DNA of 64,000 nt from positions 896,001-960,000 of the forward strand of contig OY970209.1 in NCBI GenBank assembly GCA_963713855.1, in the 5' to 3' direction. This document shows positions 18,994-27,961 of this stretch, piece by piece. The notes under the pieces are model-generated. The model had not been told where the DNA came from and did not search any database. It saw only the letters and a program-made list of their open reading frames with translations. This DNA comes from an uncultured bacterium. GTDB taxonomy: Bacteria; Babelota; Babeliae; Babelales; Babelaceae. The position numbers and the translations under genes are program-made. Position 1 is the stretch's first letter. The number at the start of each line of letters is the position of its first letter.

Positions 18994-19341
18994 AGACTAT
19001 CCCGTAAGTTTCAGCTACTATTTTTATTCTATAGCTATTTCCTATTAAAATTTTAGTGTATCATACTCAGATTTTTCGGCAAATTGGGTTCGCTCTTTTG
19101 AACCCAAAGTCTTTGTGAAAGAGTATACGTCCTTAACGAGAATTTATACAAAAAAGGGGCTTTATGGTAGACTTTCTTTAGAGGTTCTTTATAAAAAGAG
19201 TATAAAAACAGACATTTTCACAAATTCAATAATTTTTAGTATAGTAATTTTTAAAAGGTTGGTTGTATCAGCAAAATTTAGGTAGTCGCGGTAGCGCTAT
19301 CTGTAGAACTCCAAAGAACTAGTAAGTATAAAGGATACTGT

Positions 19342-20742
19342 ATGGCGATTATCTCGTTATTCCAGAAGTTATCAAAACCGATTTTCGGAAACTTTGAGCG
19401 GGAGGAATTCAAAAAATTCTTAAGAATGGGTCTCATATTTGCTTTTGTTCTTGGCTCATATTGGACGTTGCGCGCTCTTAAGGACTCTGTGTTAATCGAC
19501 CTTATTAGTAAAACTGCTCAGCCAGTTGCAAAGACTATTTCGCTTCTTTGCCTTTTTCCTATCTTAATGTTCTACACAAGGCTTTTTGATCGATACCCTC
19601 GAGAAAAAGTTTTTTACATGCTTGCCACTACCTACACAGTCCTGACGATAGTTTTTGGCTTACTTATTTTGTCCCCCATAGGTCAAGCTCCTGCTGACGT
19701 TATTGCTTCACGAACGGGGCTTCTTTATTATGGTACTAAGATACTTGGGTATGCCTGGTACGTGTTTGTTGAAAGCTATGGCTCATTAGTGGTGTCCCTT
19801 TTTTGGTCACTTGCAAGTGATACGACTGGCCCTGAGTCAGCAAAGCGAGGTTTTCCTCTCGTTGTAGCAATTGGTCAAATTGGTGGTATTATAGGGCCTA
19901 AGTATGTTACTCGCTTGCCTAAGCTTTTTGGTTTTATGACAAGCTCGATATCAATTTTAGTTGGCGCTTTTTTAATATTTAGCCTTGTCTACCTGATGAA
20001 ATATTTCTTGCGTTCTACTCCTAAAGAACTTCTCGTGTCTTTCCATGGCAAGAATGAGGAAAAGATTGAAGAAGAGCAAGAACCAGGGTTTCTTGAAGGC
20101 GTTCGTCTCATTTGGAAACACAAGTATTTGCTTGGTATTTTTACCGTAGTCTCTTTTTATGAGATCATTGTTACTATTTTCGACTTCCACTTTAAGTATA
20201 TGGCAGGCTCTGTTTATGCAGGTCCAGAACTAGGTGCCTATTTGGGCCAGTACGGTTCTTATGTCAATACGGTTGCGCTCGTTTGCTTGCTTCTTGGTGT
20301 GAGCAATATTACTCGATACCTTGGCGTGGGCGTAGCATTGGCACTTATGCCGCTCATTGTAGCTGGTGCGCTTTTTGGGTTTCTGTCGGTTAATAGCCTA
20401 CAATTCTTGTTCTGGCTTATGGTCGGTTCAAAAGCAATTAATTATGCTCTTAACGGCCCTGCTATGAAGCAGCTTTACATCCCAACGACCCCTGATGTTC
20501 GTTTTAAGGCTCAAGCATGGATTGAAACATTTGGGTCACGCGGCTCTAAAGGCTTAGGATCTGGCTTTAACATGCTTCTTGAACCACTTAAGAAAAATAT
20601 GGGTGAGATTGCTGGTAGAATGCGCCATATCTGGTTAAGTGCCTATTTAGGATTTGCTCTAGTTGCCATTTGGTTCTTTATAGCATTGTTCCTTGGACGG
20701 ACGTATAAACAAGCTGTTGATCAGAAAAAAGTTGTTTGTTAA
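19342..20742 (+). CDS. NTT/TLC-family nucleotide (ATP/ADP) translocase 1
   Basis: About 12 TM; YWTLRALKDS; SLFWSLA; KAINYALNGPAMKQLYIP...RFKAQAWIETFGSRGSK. Confidence 0.85.
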   Translation: MAIISLFQKLSKPIFGNFEREEFKKFLRMGLIFAFVLGSYWTLRALKDSVLIDLISKTAQPVAKTISLLCLFPILMFYTRLFDRYPREKVFYMLATTYTVLTIVFGLLILSPIGQAPADVIASRTGLLYYGTKILGYAWYVFVESYGSLVVSLFWSLASDTTGPESAKRGFPLVVAIGQIGGIIGPKYVTRLPKLFGFMTSSISILVGAFLIFSLVYLMKYFLRSTPKELLVSFHGKNEEKIEEEQEPGFLEGVRLIWKHKYLLGIFTVVSFYEIIVTIFDFHFKYMAGSVYAGPELGAYLGQYGSYVNTVALVCLLLGVSNITRYLGVGVALALMPLIVAGALFGFLSVNSLQFLFWLMVGSKAINYALNGPAMKQLYIPTTPDVRFKAQAWIETFGSRGSKGLGSGFNMLLEPLKKNMGEIAGRMRHIWLSAYLGFALVAIWFFIALFLGRTYKQAVDQKKVVC

Positions 20743-20776
20743 TGATACGTTGACAAACCCAATGATGATGAGTTTT

Positions 20777-20816
20777 GCAAGCCTTCTTTGTCTAGTAACA
20801 GTCAAAGAAGGCTTGC
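20777..20816 (+). promoter_or_regulatory. Strong intergenic stem-loop between NTT1 and NTT2
   Basis: Perfect 14-bp inverted repeat GCAAGCCTTCTTTG / CAAAGAAGGCTTGC; weak U-tail. Confidence 0.6.
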
Positions 20817-20837
20817 GCTGTTTAGAGGTGATGCTCT

Positions 20838-22217
20838 ATGAGTAAACGTTTAGAAGCGCTTACACAACTTTGGCAAATAAAGCCTCACGAAGAAGCAGTT
20901 AAAGTTGCTTTTCTTACCCTTGCATTTCTTCTTATTATTTCTGCTTACACGCTTGCGCACGAGCTTAAAGATGCGCTTTTTGTAACAATTGTCGGTAGGC
21001 ACTACGTCCCGATCGCAAAGATTTACGCGATATTCGTTTTGATTCCCCCCATTCTACTTTTTTCTCGATTTGTTGATCTTATGCGCAAACATCAACTTCT
21101 CTATCTTTATACAATAGTGTATGGTGTTGTCGGCCTCATAATAACGTACTTTTTAGCGCATCCAACCATTGGCCTTGCAAATACCAATGCGAGTAAATAT
21201 CGTGCATTTGGTTGGTTTATATACTTTTTTATGGAGGGGTATGTTCCCTTCGTTGTGAGTCTTTTTTGGGCGTTTGTAAACTCGGTCACTATTCCGAATA
21301 AAGCAAAAAATAATTATCCTCTCATGATTGCCGGTTCTAAAATTGGAGGCATAAGTGCGACCGTTTTTGCCGTGCTTCTTTTAAAAAATAGCCAAAGGGG
21401 AGATATATTTAATCATCAAGTCTTGCTGGGACTCTCCTCTGTGCTTCTCTTGGCGGTTCCCATTGTTATTTATTTTCTTATGAAGAAGGTTCCAAAGCAC
21501 TTTCTTGTAAGCTATGAAACCACAGCACATGAAGCTCGGCATGAACCAGAGACACATGAGCGGCAGGGCGTTGGAGGTATTTTTTCAGGGCTCATTTTGC
21601 TGCTTCGTTATCCATATGTTTTGGGTGTTTTTGCAATGACTTGTTTTTGGGAGATAATAAACGTCGTTTTTGCCTATGAGCGGTTGGGGGTAGGTCAAGC
21701 ATTTGCGACTACGGTTTCGGATTATTCACGTTTTCTTTTTACGGTAGTTATGTTTACCCACATTGTCGGTCTTTTAATAGCCCTTTTGGGAACTCGCTTT
21801 ATTATTAATTGGTTAGGTGAAAAGCGAAGCTTGACGCTTGTCCCTGCAAGTGCCGGGCTTTTGTTGCTCTATTATTTTACTAATCGATCTCCGATGGCGC
21901 TTGTTTCGGTAGTCGTTATGTTGCGTGCTCTCAATTACGGCTTTACACAGCCGTTGCGTGAAAGCTTATACGTTCCTACAGCCCGTGATATTCGTTTTAA
22001 GTCTAAGTCATGGATTGACGGGACAGGTTCGAAAGCGGCTAAAGCTGCGGGATCTCTGTATAACAGGGTGATCGAGGGGTTAGCCCCTGCTGTTGTGCAA
22101 GGTGTTAATGGAATATTTTTCTCTTTTGTTATTGGTAGTTGGCTTATGACTGCTTACTTTTTAGGTAAGCGTTTTGAACGCGCAGTGCGCCGTAAAGAAG
22201 TGATAGGTGTTGGATAA
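20838..22217 (+). CDS. NTT/TLC-family nucleotide translocase 2
   Basis: YTLAHELKDA; SLFWAFVNS; RALNYGFTQPLRESLYVPT...RFKSKSWID. Confidence 0.85.
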   Translation: MSKRLEALTQLWQIKPHEEAVKVAFLTLAFLLIISAYTLAHELKDALFVTIVGRHYVPIAKIYAIFVLIPPILLFSRFVDLMRKHQLLYLYTIVYGVVGLIITYFLAHPTIGLANTNASKYRAFGWFIYFFMEGYVPFVVSLFWAFVNSVTIPNKAKNNYPLMIAGSKIGGISATVFAVLLLKNSQRGDIFNHQVLLGLSSVLLLAVPIVIYFLMKKVPKHFLVSYETTAHEARHEPETHERQGVGGIFSGLILLLRYPYVLGVFAMTCFWEIINVVFAYERLGVGQAFATTVSDYSRFLFTVVMFTHIVGLLIALLGTRFIINWLGEKRSLTLVPASAGLLLLYYFTNRSPMALVSVVVMLRALNYGFTQPLRESLYVPTARDIRFKSKSWIDGTGSKAAKAAGSLYNRVIEGLAPAVVQGVNGIFFSFVIGSWLMTAYFLGKRFERAVRRKEVIGVG

Positions 22218-22220
22218 GGT

Positions 22221-23561
22221 ATGATTACGTATGTCATTAGGCGTACAGCAGCATTTTTTTATGGTGAAGAGGTAAAGGTTCTTATTTTAACGTTCTCGTA
22301 TTTTTGTATAATTGCTAGTTATACACTCGTACGAGAGCTTCGCGATGTTATATTCATTCAGACTGTTGGGCAAGAGCATTTCCATCTTGCCCAAATTTTT
22401 TCTGTTATTGGTTTAATTCCGGCCCTTTTGTTTTATGCGTATCTAGTGGACCATCTTAAAAAGCAGCAACTTCTTTACTGCTACACGTTGGCTTACGCAT
22501 TTGGTACCTTACTTATGGCACTTGGTATTCAAACCTTAACGGGCCCACAAGCTTTTATTGGCAGCACGATATTTGGTTGGGCACAATATCTTTTTGTTGA
22601 AGGGTATAGCGCATTTGTTATTAGCTCATTTTGGGCTTTTGTAAATTCTATAACACCTGTTACAGGTGCGTCGAGATCTTATAGCTTTTTAGTTGCGGGG
22701 TCTAAGCTAGGGGGTATGCTTACGGCTGCGTCCGCCTGGTGCATAGCGTATTATAGTTGGTTTTCGGATACGCGCTTACTTCAATGTTTTTTGATAGCGG
22801 CTGCTTCTTTTATAATGGTCGTGCCTTTTCTCATCTCCTATTTGATTAAGCATTCTCAGCCGGTATCTTTAGAAGGGTATCAGGCGTATGCACGTGATGA
22901 TGACTTTATTAAAAGCGAATCCACGACTAATCGCCTATTTGCTGGGCTGCGGCTGATGATTTCATATCCGTATGTGGGGGGTATTTTCGGGCTCGTGTTT
23001 GCTTGGGAAGCAATGAACGTAGTTTTAAATTACCAACGGCTCGGTTTATGTGTTGCTGCTTGCCCGACACTGCATTGCTTGAGCACAACACTATTCCAGC
23101 ACATATTTTTAGTACACGCTTTTAGTTTTCTTATAGCCTGCTTTGCAAACCATGCGTCTTTCAGGTCTTTGAGTGAGCGCCAAGTGCTTGTGGGTGTTCC
23201 TATTTTAACGGGCCTTTTATCGATTGTTTTTTTTATGTGCACGACACCTGCCGTTGCGTTTGCGTGTTCTATAGCTATTCGAGCACTCAATTATTCCCTT
23301 GCACTTTCAGCTAGGGAGATGCTCTATATACCTACAACAAGAGACACTCGTTTTAAATCAAAGTCATGGATCGACGCCTTTGGAGCAAAGTGTGCTCGCG
23401 GGTTTGGCGCTTTATATAGCGTCGGCGCCCAGGCATCTTTAAGTAAGAGCATGCTCTATCTGGTGCTTTGTATCTGTATTACCGCAGGTTGGATTGCCAT
23501 CGCATATTATTTATCTAAACGGTTTGAACGGGCTATTAAGCATAACGAAGTGATTGGGTAA
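22221..23561 (+). CDS. NTT/TLC-family nucleotide translocase 3
   Basis: YTLVRELRDV; SSFWAFVNS; RALNYSL...EMLYIPT...RFKSKSWIDAFGAK. Confidence 0.83.
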   Translation: MITYVIRRTAAFFYGEEVKVLILTFSYFCIIASYTLVRELRDVIFIQTVGQEHFHLAQIFSVIGLIPALLFYAYLVDHLKKQQLLYCYTLAYAFGTLLMALGIQTLTGPQAFIGSTIFGWAQYLFVEGYSAFVISSFWAFVNSITPVTGASRSYSFLVAGSKLGGMLTAASAWCIAYYSWFSDTRLLQCFLIAAASFIMVVPFLISYLIKHSQPVSLEGYQAYARDDDFIKSESTTNRLFAGLRLMISYPYVGGIFGLVFAWEAMNVVLNYQRLGLCVAACPTLHCLSTTLFQHIFLVHAFSFLIACFANHASFRSLSERQVLVGVPILTGLLSIVFFMCTTPAVAFACSIAIRALNYSLALSAREMLYIPTTRDTRFKSKSWIDAFGAKCARGFGALYSVGAQASLSKSMLYLVLCICITAGWIAIAYYLSKRFERAIKHNEVIG

Positions 23562-23609
23562 TTTGCAGTTTTTAAAAGCACAGATATACTTATAAAGGTA
23601 GTTACTTGT

Positions 23610-23675
23610 GCTCTCCCTTCGCTTTCAACCGGGTGGTTACTAGCTTATACAAGCTATACCGAAAGCAAGAAGAAT
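23610..23675 (+). promoter_or_regulatory. Structured rpsB 5' leader (possible S2 autoregulatory element)
   Basis: Outer stem GCTTTC/GAAAGC enclosing hairpin TAGCTT-ATAC-AAGCTA, just upstream of the rpsB RBS. Confidence 0.4.
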
Positions 23676-23692
23676 AACCCTTGAGGAATATC

Positions 23693-24613
23693 ATGATTGA
23701 CTTGAAGAAGCTTATTGAAGCAGGAGTACACTTTGGCCATCAGACATGGCGCTGGTCTCCTAAAATGCAGCCCTATATCTGGGGTGAAAAAAACTCTATA
23801 CATCTTATTGACGTTTCAAAAACGGCAGCTCTTCTAGAAAAAGCAGCAGCGTTTTTGGAATCCCTTGCTAGCCAGGGAAAACCAATTTTGTGGATTGGTA
23901 CTAAAAAGGCGGCCCAGGCAGTTATAGCAGATATTGCTTGTAAGCTTAAAAATCCTTATGTCAACCATCGCTGGATCGGTGGAACACTTACCAATTTCCC
24001 TCAGGTAAAAAAATCGGTTACGAAGCTTTTGCATTACGAAGACATTCTTTCTAAAGCTGAAGAGCACACGTACACCAAAAAAGAGCGTGTACATTTACAG
24101 AAAATGGCCGATAGGCACCGTAAAAATGTGGGTGGTATTTGTACCTTGTCCTGGCCGATTGGTGCGCTCGTTGTTGTAGACGTTAAAAAAGAGTACACGG
24201 CTATACGTGAAGCCGCAGCTATGGGAATACCTGTCATTGGTATTGTTGATACAAATAGCGATCCTTCAATCGATTACCCAATACCTGCAAACGACGATAT
24301 TACACGCGCCATTAGCTTGCTTACCCATTACCTAGCAGAGGCTGTAGCCCGCGGCTATGCCGTTGCTGCAACTCGTCCTTCTGAAGAAGCTAAATCTGAA
24401 GATATGGTTGAAGCCATGCTTAAGAAAGTTTTGGGTGAAGAGGAAGAAGAAAAGGGCGCACGTGGACAGCGTCGTGGACGCCCGACTCCTCAAGCAAATC
24501 GAGGTAGACGCCCAGGTAATCGCGCTCCTAGCAGACCAGCTTCCGGACCCCATAAAGCTGAAAAACCTCAAACTACCGAGAGCCCAAAAACAGATCAACC
24601 TGCAACAGAATAG
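23693..24613 (+). CDS. rpsB: 30S ribosomal protein S2 with long charged C-terminal extension
   Basis: AGVHFGHQT, RWIGGTLTN, IVDTNSDP, IPANDD; GAGGA RBS before ATG 23693. Confidence 0.97.
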   Translation: MIDLKKLIEAGVHFGHQTWRWSPKMQPYIWGEKNSIHLIDVSKTAALLEKAAAFLESLASQGKPILWIGTKKAAQAVIADIACKLKNPYVNHRWIGGTLTNFPQVKKSVTKLLHYEDILSKAEEHTYTKKERVHLQKMADRHRKNVGGICTLSWPIGALVVVDVKKEYTAIREAAAMGIPVIGIVDTNSDPSIDYPIPANDDITRAISLLTHYLAEAVARGYAVAATRPSEEAKSEDMVEAMLKKVLGEEEEEKGARGQRRGRPTPQANRGRRPGNRAPSRPASGPHKAEKPQTTESPKTDQPATE

Positions 24614-24622
24614 AACAATTTT

Positions 24623-24714
24623 GGAGAGGTGTCTGAGTGGTCGAAAGAGCACGATTGGAAATCGTGTATACCTTTAACCGGGTATCGAGGGTTCGAATCC
24701 CTCTCTCTCCACCA
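24623..24714 (+). tRNA. tRNA-Ser(GGA)
   Basis: GGAGAGG acceptor stem, anticodon arm CACGA-TTGGAAA-TCGTG, long variable arm, GGTTCGAATCC, encoded CCA. Confidence 0.95.
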
Positions 24715-24718
24715 AGAT

Positions 24719-24801
24719 GGAAGCTCATAAAAAGCGACTGCTTACCGTGTCAGGTCCGAAAGGAAGCAGCACAAAGCATCACCGTTTTTGTATGAGCTTC
24801 C
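24719..24801 (+). ncRNA. ffs: Signal recognition particle RNA (small, 4.5S type)
   Basis: Conserved helix-8 core GTGTCAGGTCCGAAAGGAAGCAGCAC, closing helix GGAAGCTCATA/TATGAGCTTCC, followed by a T-run. Confidence 0.93.
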
Positions 24802-24812
24802 CTTTTTTTTGC

Positions 24813-27800
24813 TTATCTTGCTTTGCAACGCTTTACCTTGATTTTGTTTGAGGTTGCCGAGTCGTGATGGCCATCAGTTACTGTGACAGTAAGCGAAGTG
24901 GTTTTTCTTGCACAAAACTCGCGCCTAATTTTTCTTGAGTGAATTTTGAAGGTTTTTCCATCAGACCAAGAAAGTCTAAAAGGTGGAGTTCCTGCTTTGA
25001 TGGTTCCAAAGATCGTCACACACTCATCAGGGCAAGGACACTTTTTAACGGGGTCAAGGTGCACGGCGATAGGCTTTACGGTGATAGTGACTGGGTTAGA
25101 GGTAGATTTACAACCGTCCGCATTTTCGTCAGTAACTGTAAAAGTGGTAGTTACTTTAGGTCTTACCTTGTGCTTGAAAGGAGATGTGACGTTTTCATTA
25201 ACTGTTCCATCAGACCAAAAGAGAGTTCTTGTACCTTCAAAAAAAGCTGTCAGCGTGGCAGATTGGCCGACAATAATAGTATTTTTATTGGTGACCAGCT
25301 CAATAGGTCCAACATGGGAGACGGTGACGGTGATAGGTGTGGATGTAAGAGTACACCCTGATGCATCGGTAACAGTAGCACGATAGTTAGCGGTGAAATT
25401 TGGAGTTACAGTTAGCGTCACAGGCGAAGTTGAGCTTGTTACGGTACCTACGGGTGTCATGTTTTCCGTAAATACAACGGTAAACGGACCATTTCCTGTA
25501 ACAGCGGCGCTGAGCGTCACCGACTGACCATCACATATGAGTGAATGGTTTGCGGAAAGTATCACACTGAGCTGATCCGGAGCGATAATCACTGAGCCGG
25601 GAGGATTTGTAAGCACGCAGCCTGTAATAGTGTCCGTAACACTCGAAACGCTATATGTCATACCACCAACGGGAGGGGTAACAGTAAACGCAATTGGCGA
25701 AGGAGAGGTTTGAGTTTGTCCGTTTGATAACATCACGGTGTAGGGACCGGTTCCGCCGGTTACTGTGACTGTAACAGTTGAAGTTGTATTAGGAGGGCAA
25801 ATAGTGGTCGGATTTGCGCTTATGGTTGATGCAAGAGTTATAGTGTTGACGGTAACTGGATTAGATGGAAAAAATATTGAGCACGCTGGACTGGCTGAAT
25901 CTGATAAAGAGTTGACCTGATAATTCTGAGGGCTCATCGTTGGAGTGACGATAAAAGTTAAAGGAGAATTGCCGCTTGAGGGCGTACCATCGTTTAAGAT
26001 AGCTGTATAAGGAGGCATCCCTCCGCTGACGGTGGCCATTAGATCTGCCTTCATGCCCATACAAACAGATTGGGTCAACGGCGCAAGTGTGACAGTTATT
26101 TCAGGAACAACAGACACTGAGGCCATACCAGTACAAAACGTCATTCCGTCGGTTACAGTTACGGTATAATCACCAAGAACTGATACTGATCGAGTCAAAG
26201 GGGAGCCGCCACTTTCCATTACACCATCCGGCGTCCACAGCAAATTAAACGTTGAGCCAATTCCATTTGAAATCGTTGTCGTAAGAGTCTTAGGTTGCGC
26301 GGGACACAAGGTTTGTGGCGAGGGCGAAATGGATATCATAAGATCCTCAGAAGAAGACACAGCGAAATTGTCACTAAATTCTGAGGTGTCTCCAATAGTG
26401 CCGCCAGCTCCATTCATATTTGTCGCTGTTGCACTGATAAAAGTGCCAAGAAATGATCCTGGGATCTTTAAGTTTTGTGTAGCTCCCGAAGCTACGCCAT
26501 TCGCAGCACCAATAGGGGTTTGACCTTCTGTAATCGGGTTTCTGTTAAACTCGTTATCAAATACCTCAAGCCTGAATGTGGACGCTGCTGGTGTCGTTGG
26601 GGCCGAAAGCATCAAGTAAAGATTATTATCACTCAGACATTGTAGAGTTGAAGTTATGGACGGAGTTGCTTGATTATCATTTCCGTTATTAGTCAGAACG
26701 ATTCCGCTTCCCGTGTTATCAAAATCGGGATTTGCCAAAATAGAATTAAGTGTAGCACCGTTTACTGTTACCCCATTTCCGCCGTTAAATGCTATGAAAT
26801 TCGGTCCGAGGACCCCGATTCGTACGTTGGTAGCGGCTGCTGGTGAAGCGTTTAATTGTATGCCATCAGAAAGATTACCTAAACCTAACGTATTGGTTCT
26901 ATCGGTTCCTATGTGATTTCGTTGTATGAAGACGCCAGTTGGCCCAGCGCCAGAAGCGTTTAGGACTATACCCTGAGCCGTGTTACCGGAAATGACGTTG
27001 TCTTGAATACTGAGATTGGTCAAAGATCCAGAGGTGTCGACGCCTATAGAGATTCCAATTCCGTTAGGTAATACGTTGGTATCTGACTTATTTACGCCAA
27101 TAAGGTTATTTTGTATAAGGGTGTCTGATAGGGTCAGGCCAGCTTGTACGTTAATCGCTGCTCCAGTATTGCCTGAGATCAGGTTATTTATTATTGTCGT
27201 TTGGCTTATTGGTGTTAGTCCAAATGTGAACTGTATGCCCTCGGCATTGGGAAAAGCTAGGCTGCCGGTTATATCGGTCCCAATGAGATTATTTTGTACA
27301 AGTGTATTACTGATAGCTTGATTTACAGGTAGGAGAGTTATTCCGGGGTTTGCGAGAGATCCTGAAATGATGTTATTCTGTATTGTGTTTCCGCTTCCGA
27401 ATACAATACCAACACCTCCATTGGACAATACTTGTACTGTGCCTGTCGGATCAGTACCCATAAAGCAATTTTCTATTATGTTGTTGCTGGATTGAATCTC
27501 AACTGCTACGCTTGCGCCACCGTTGATAGCTAATCCTGTGATGGTAGAGCCACCGCCAGTGATCAAGAATGAGGCAAATGTGCCGCTTATTTGAATAAGT
27601 GGGGTTCCGCTATAGCCGGGCTGCGTCGTACCATCAATAACGAGGCTACTAGTTAGGCTTGGAAGAGTGGAAACTGGTGTGATGGTTCGAACGCCGGTCC
27701 CCGGGATGTCAAAAGTAATAGTTCCTCCACCGGCAGTATTTGCTGCGTTTATCTGGAATCTGAGAGAGTTTGCAGGCGGCGATGCCGCATCAAGGGTATT

Positions 27801-27878
27801 AGTAACCACAAAAGTGGCAGAATTCAAAATTGAGGGCATAAGGCACAGAAACAGAGCGATAGCAAAAAACTTCTTCAT
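24813..27878 (-). CDS. Secreted parallel beta-helix plus Ig-like repeat surface protein (paralogue A)
   Basis: Signal peptide; FVVTNTLD...SLR start; NNLIG/NVISGN beta-helix repeats; Thr/Val-rich GGxxPY/VTDxxGC Ig-like repeats; basic Cys-containing C-terminus. Confidence 0.8.
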   Translation of the reverse strand: MKKFFAIALFLCLMPSILNSATFVVTNTLDAASPPANSLRFQINAANTAGGGTITFDIPGTGVRTITPVSTLPSLTSSLVIDGTTQPGYSGTPLIQISGTFASFLITGGGSTITGLAINGGASVAVEIQSSNNIIENCFMGTDPTGTVQVLSNGGVGIVFGSGNTIQNNIISGSLANPGITLLPVNQAISNTLVQNNLIGTDITGSLAFPNAEGIQFTFGLTPISQTTIINNLISGNTGAAINVQAGLTLSDTLIQNNLIGVNKSDTNVLPNGIGISIGVDTSGSLTNLSIQDNVISGNTAQGIVLNASGAGPTGVFIQRNHIGTDRTNTLGLGNLSDGIQLNASPAAATNVRIGVLGPNFIAFNGGNGVTVNGATLNSILANPDFDNTGSGIVLTNNGNDNQATPSITSTLQCLSDNNLYLMLSAPTTPAASTFRLEVFDNEFNRNPITEGQTPIGAANGVASGATQNLKIPGSFLGTFISATATNMNGAGGTIGDTSEFSDNFAVSSSEDLMISISPSPQTLCPAQPKTLTTTISNGIGSTFNLLWTPDGVMESGGSPLTRSVSVLGDYTVTVTDGMTFCTGMASVSVVPEITVTLAPLTQSVCMGMKADLMATVSGGMPPYTAILNDGTPSSGNSPLTFIVTPTMSPQNYQVNSLSDSASPACSIFFPSNPVTVNTITLASTISANPTTICPPNTTSTVTVTVTGGTGPYTVMLSNGQTQTSPSPIAFTVTPPVGGMTYSVSSVTDTITGCVLTNPPGSVIIAPDQLSVILSANHSLICDGQSVTLSAAVTGNGPFTVVFTENMTPVGTVTSSTSPVTLTVTPNFTANYRATVTDASGCTLTSTPITVTVSHVGPIELVTNKNTIIVGQSATLTAFFEGTRTLFWSDGTVNENVTSPFKHKVRPKVTTTFTVTDENADGCKSTSNPVTITVKPIAVHLDPVKKCPCPDECVTIFGTIKAGTPPFRLSWSDGKTFKIHSRKIRREFCARKTTSLTVTVTDGHHDSATSNKIKVKRCKAR
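24820..25338. repeat. Near-identical copy 1 of the shared 3' cassette of the two beta-helix genes
   Basis: Aligns to ~27972-28490 (offset 3152); core ~24924-25338 differs by only about 4 substitutions on manual comparison. Confidence 0.9.
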
Positions 27879-27938
27879 ATACTTCCTATTTCAAAACAGT
27901 TTAGATAGGGCTTAGAGCGTGTTTACAAAAAAATTTAA

Positions 27939-27955
27939 ACACGAGCAACTCGTGT
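27939..27955 (-). terminator. Possible intrinsic terminator of 27962-30601
   Basis: ACACGAG-3nt-CTCGTGT hairpin followed on the minus strand by TTAAATTTTTTT. Confidence 0.4.
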
Positions 27956-27961
27956 GAGTTA

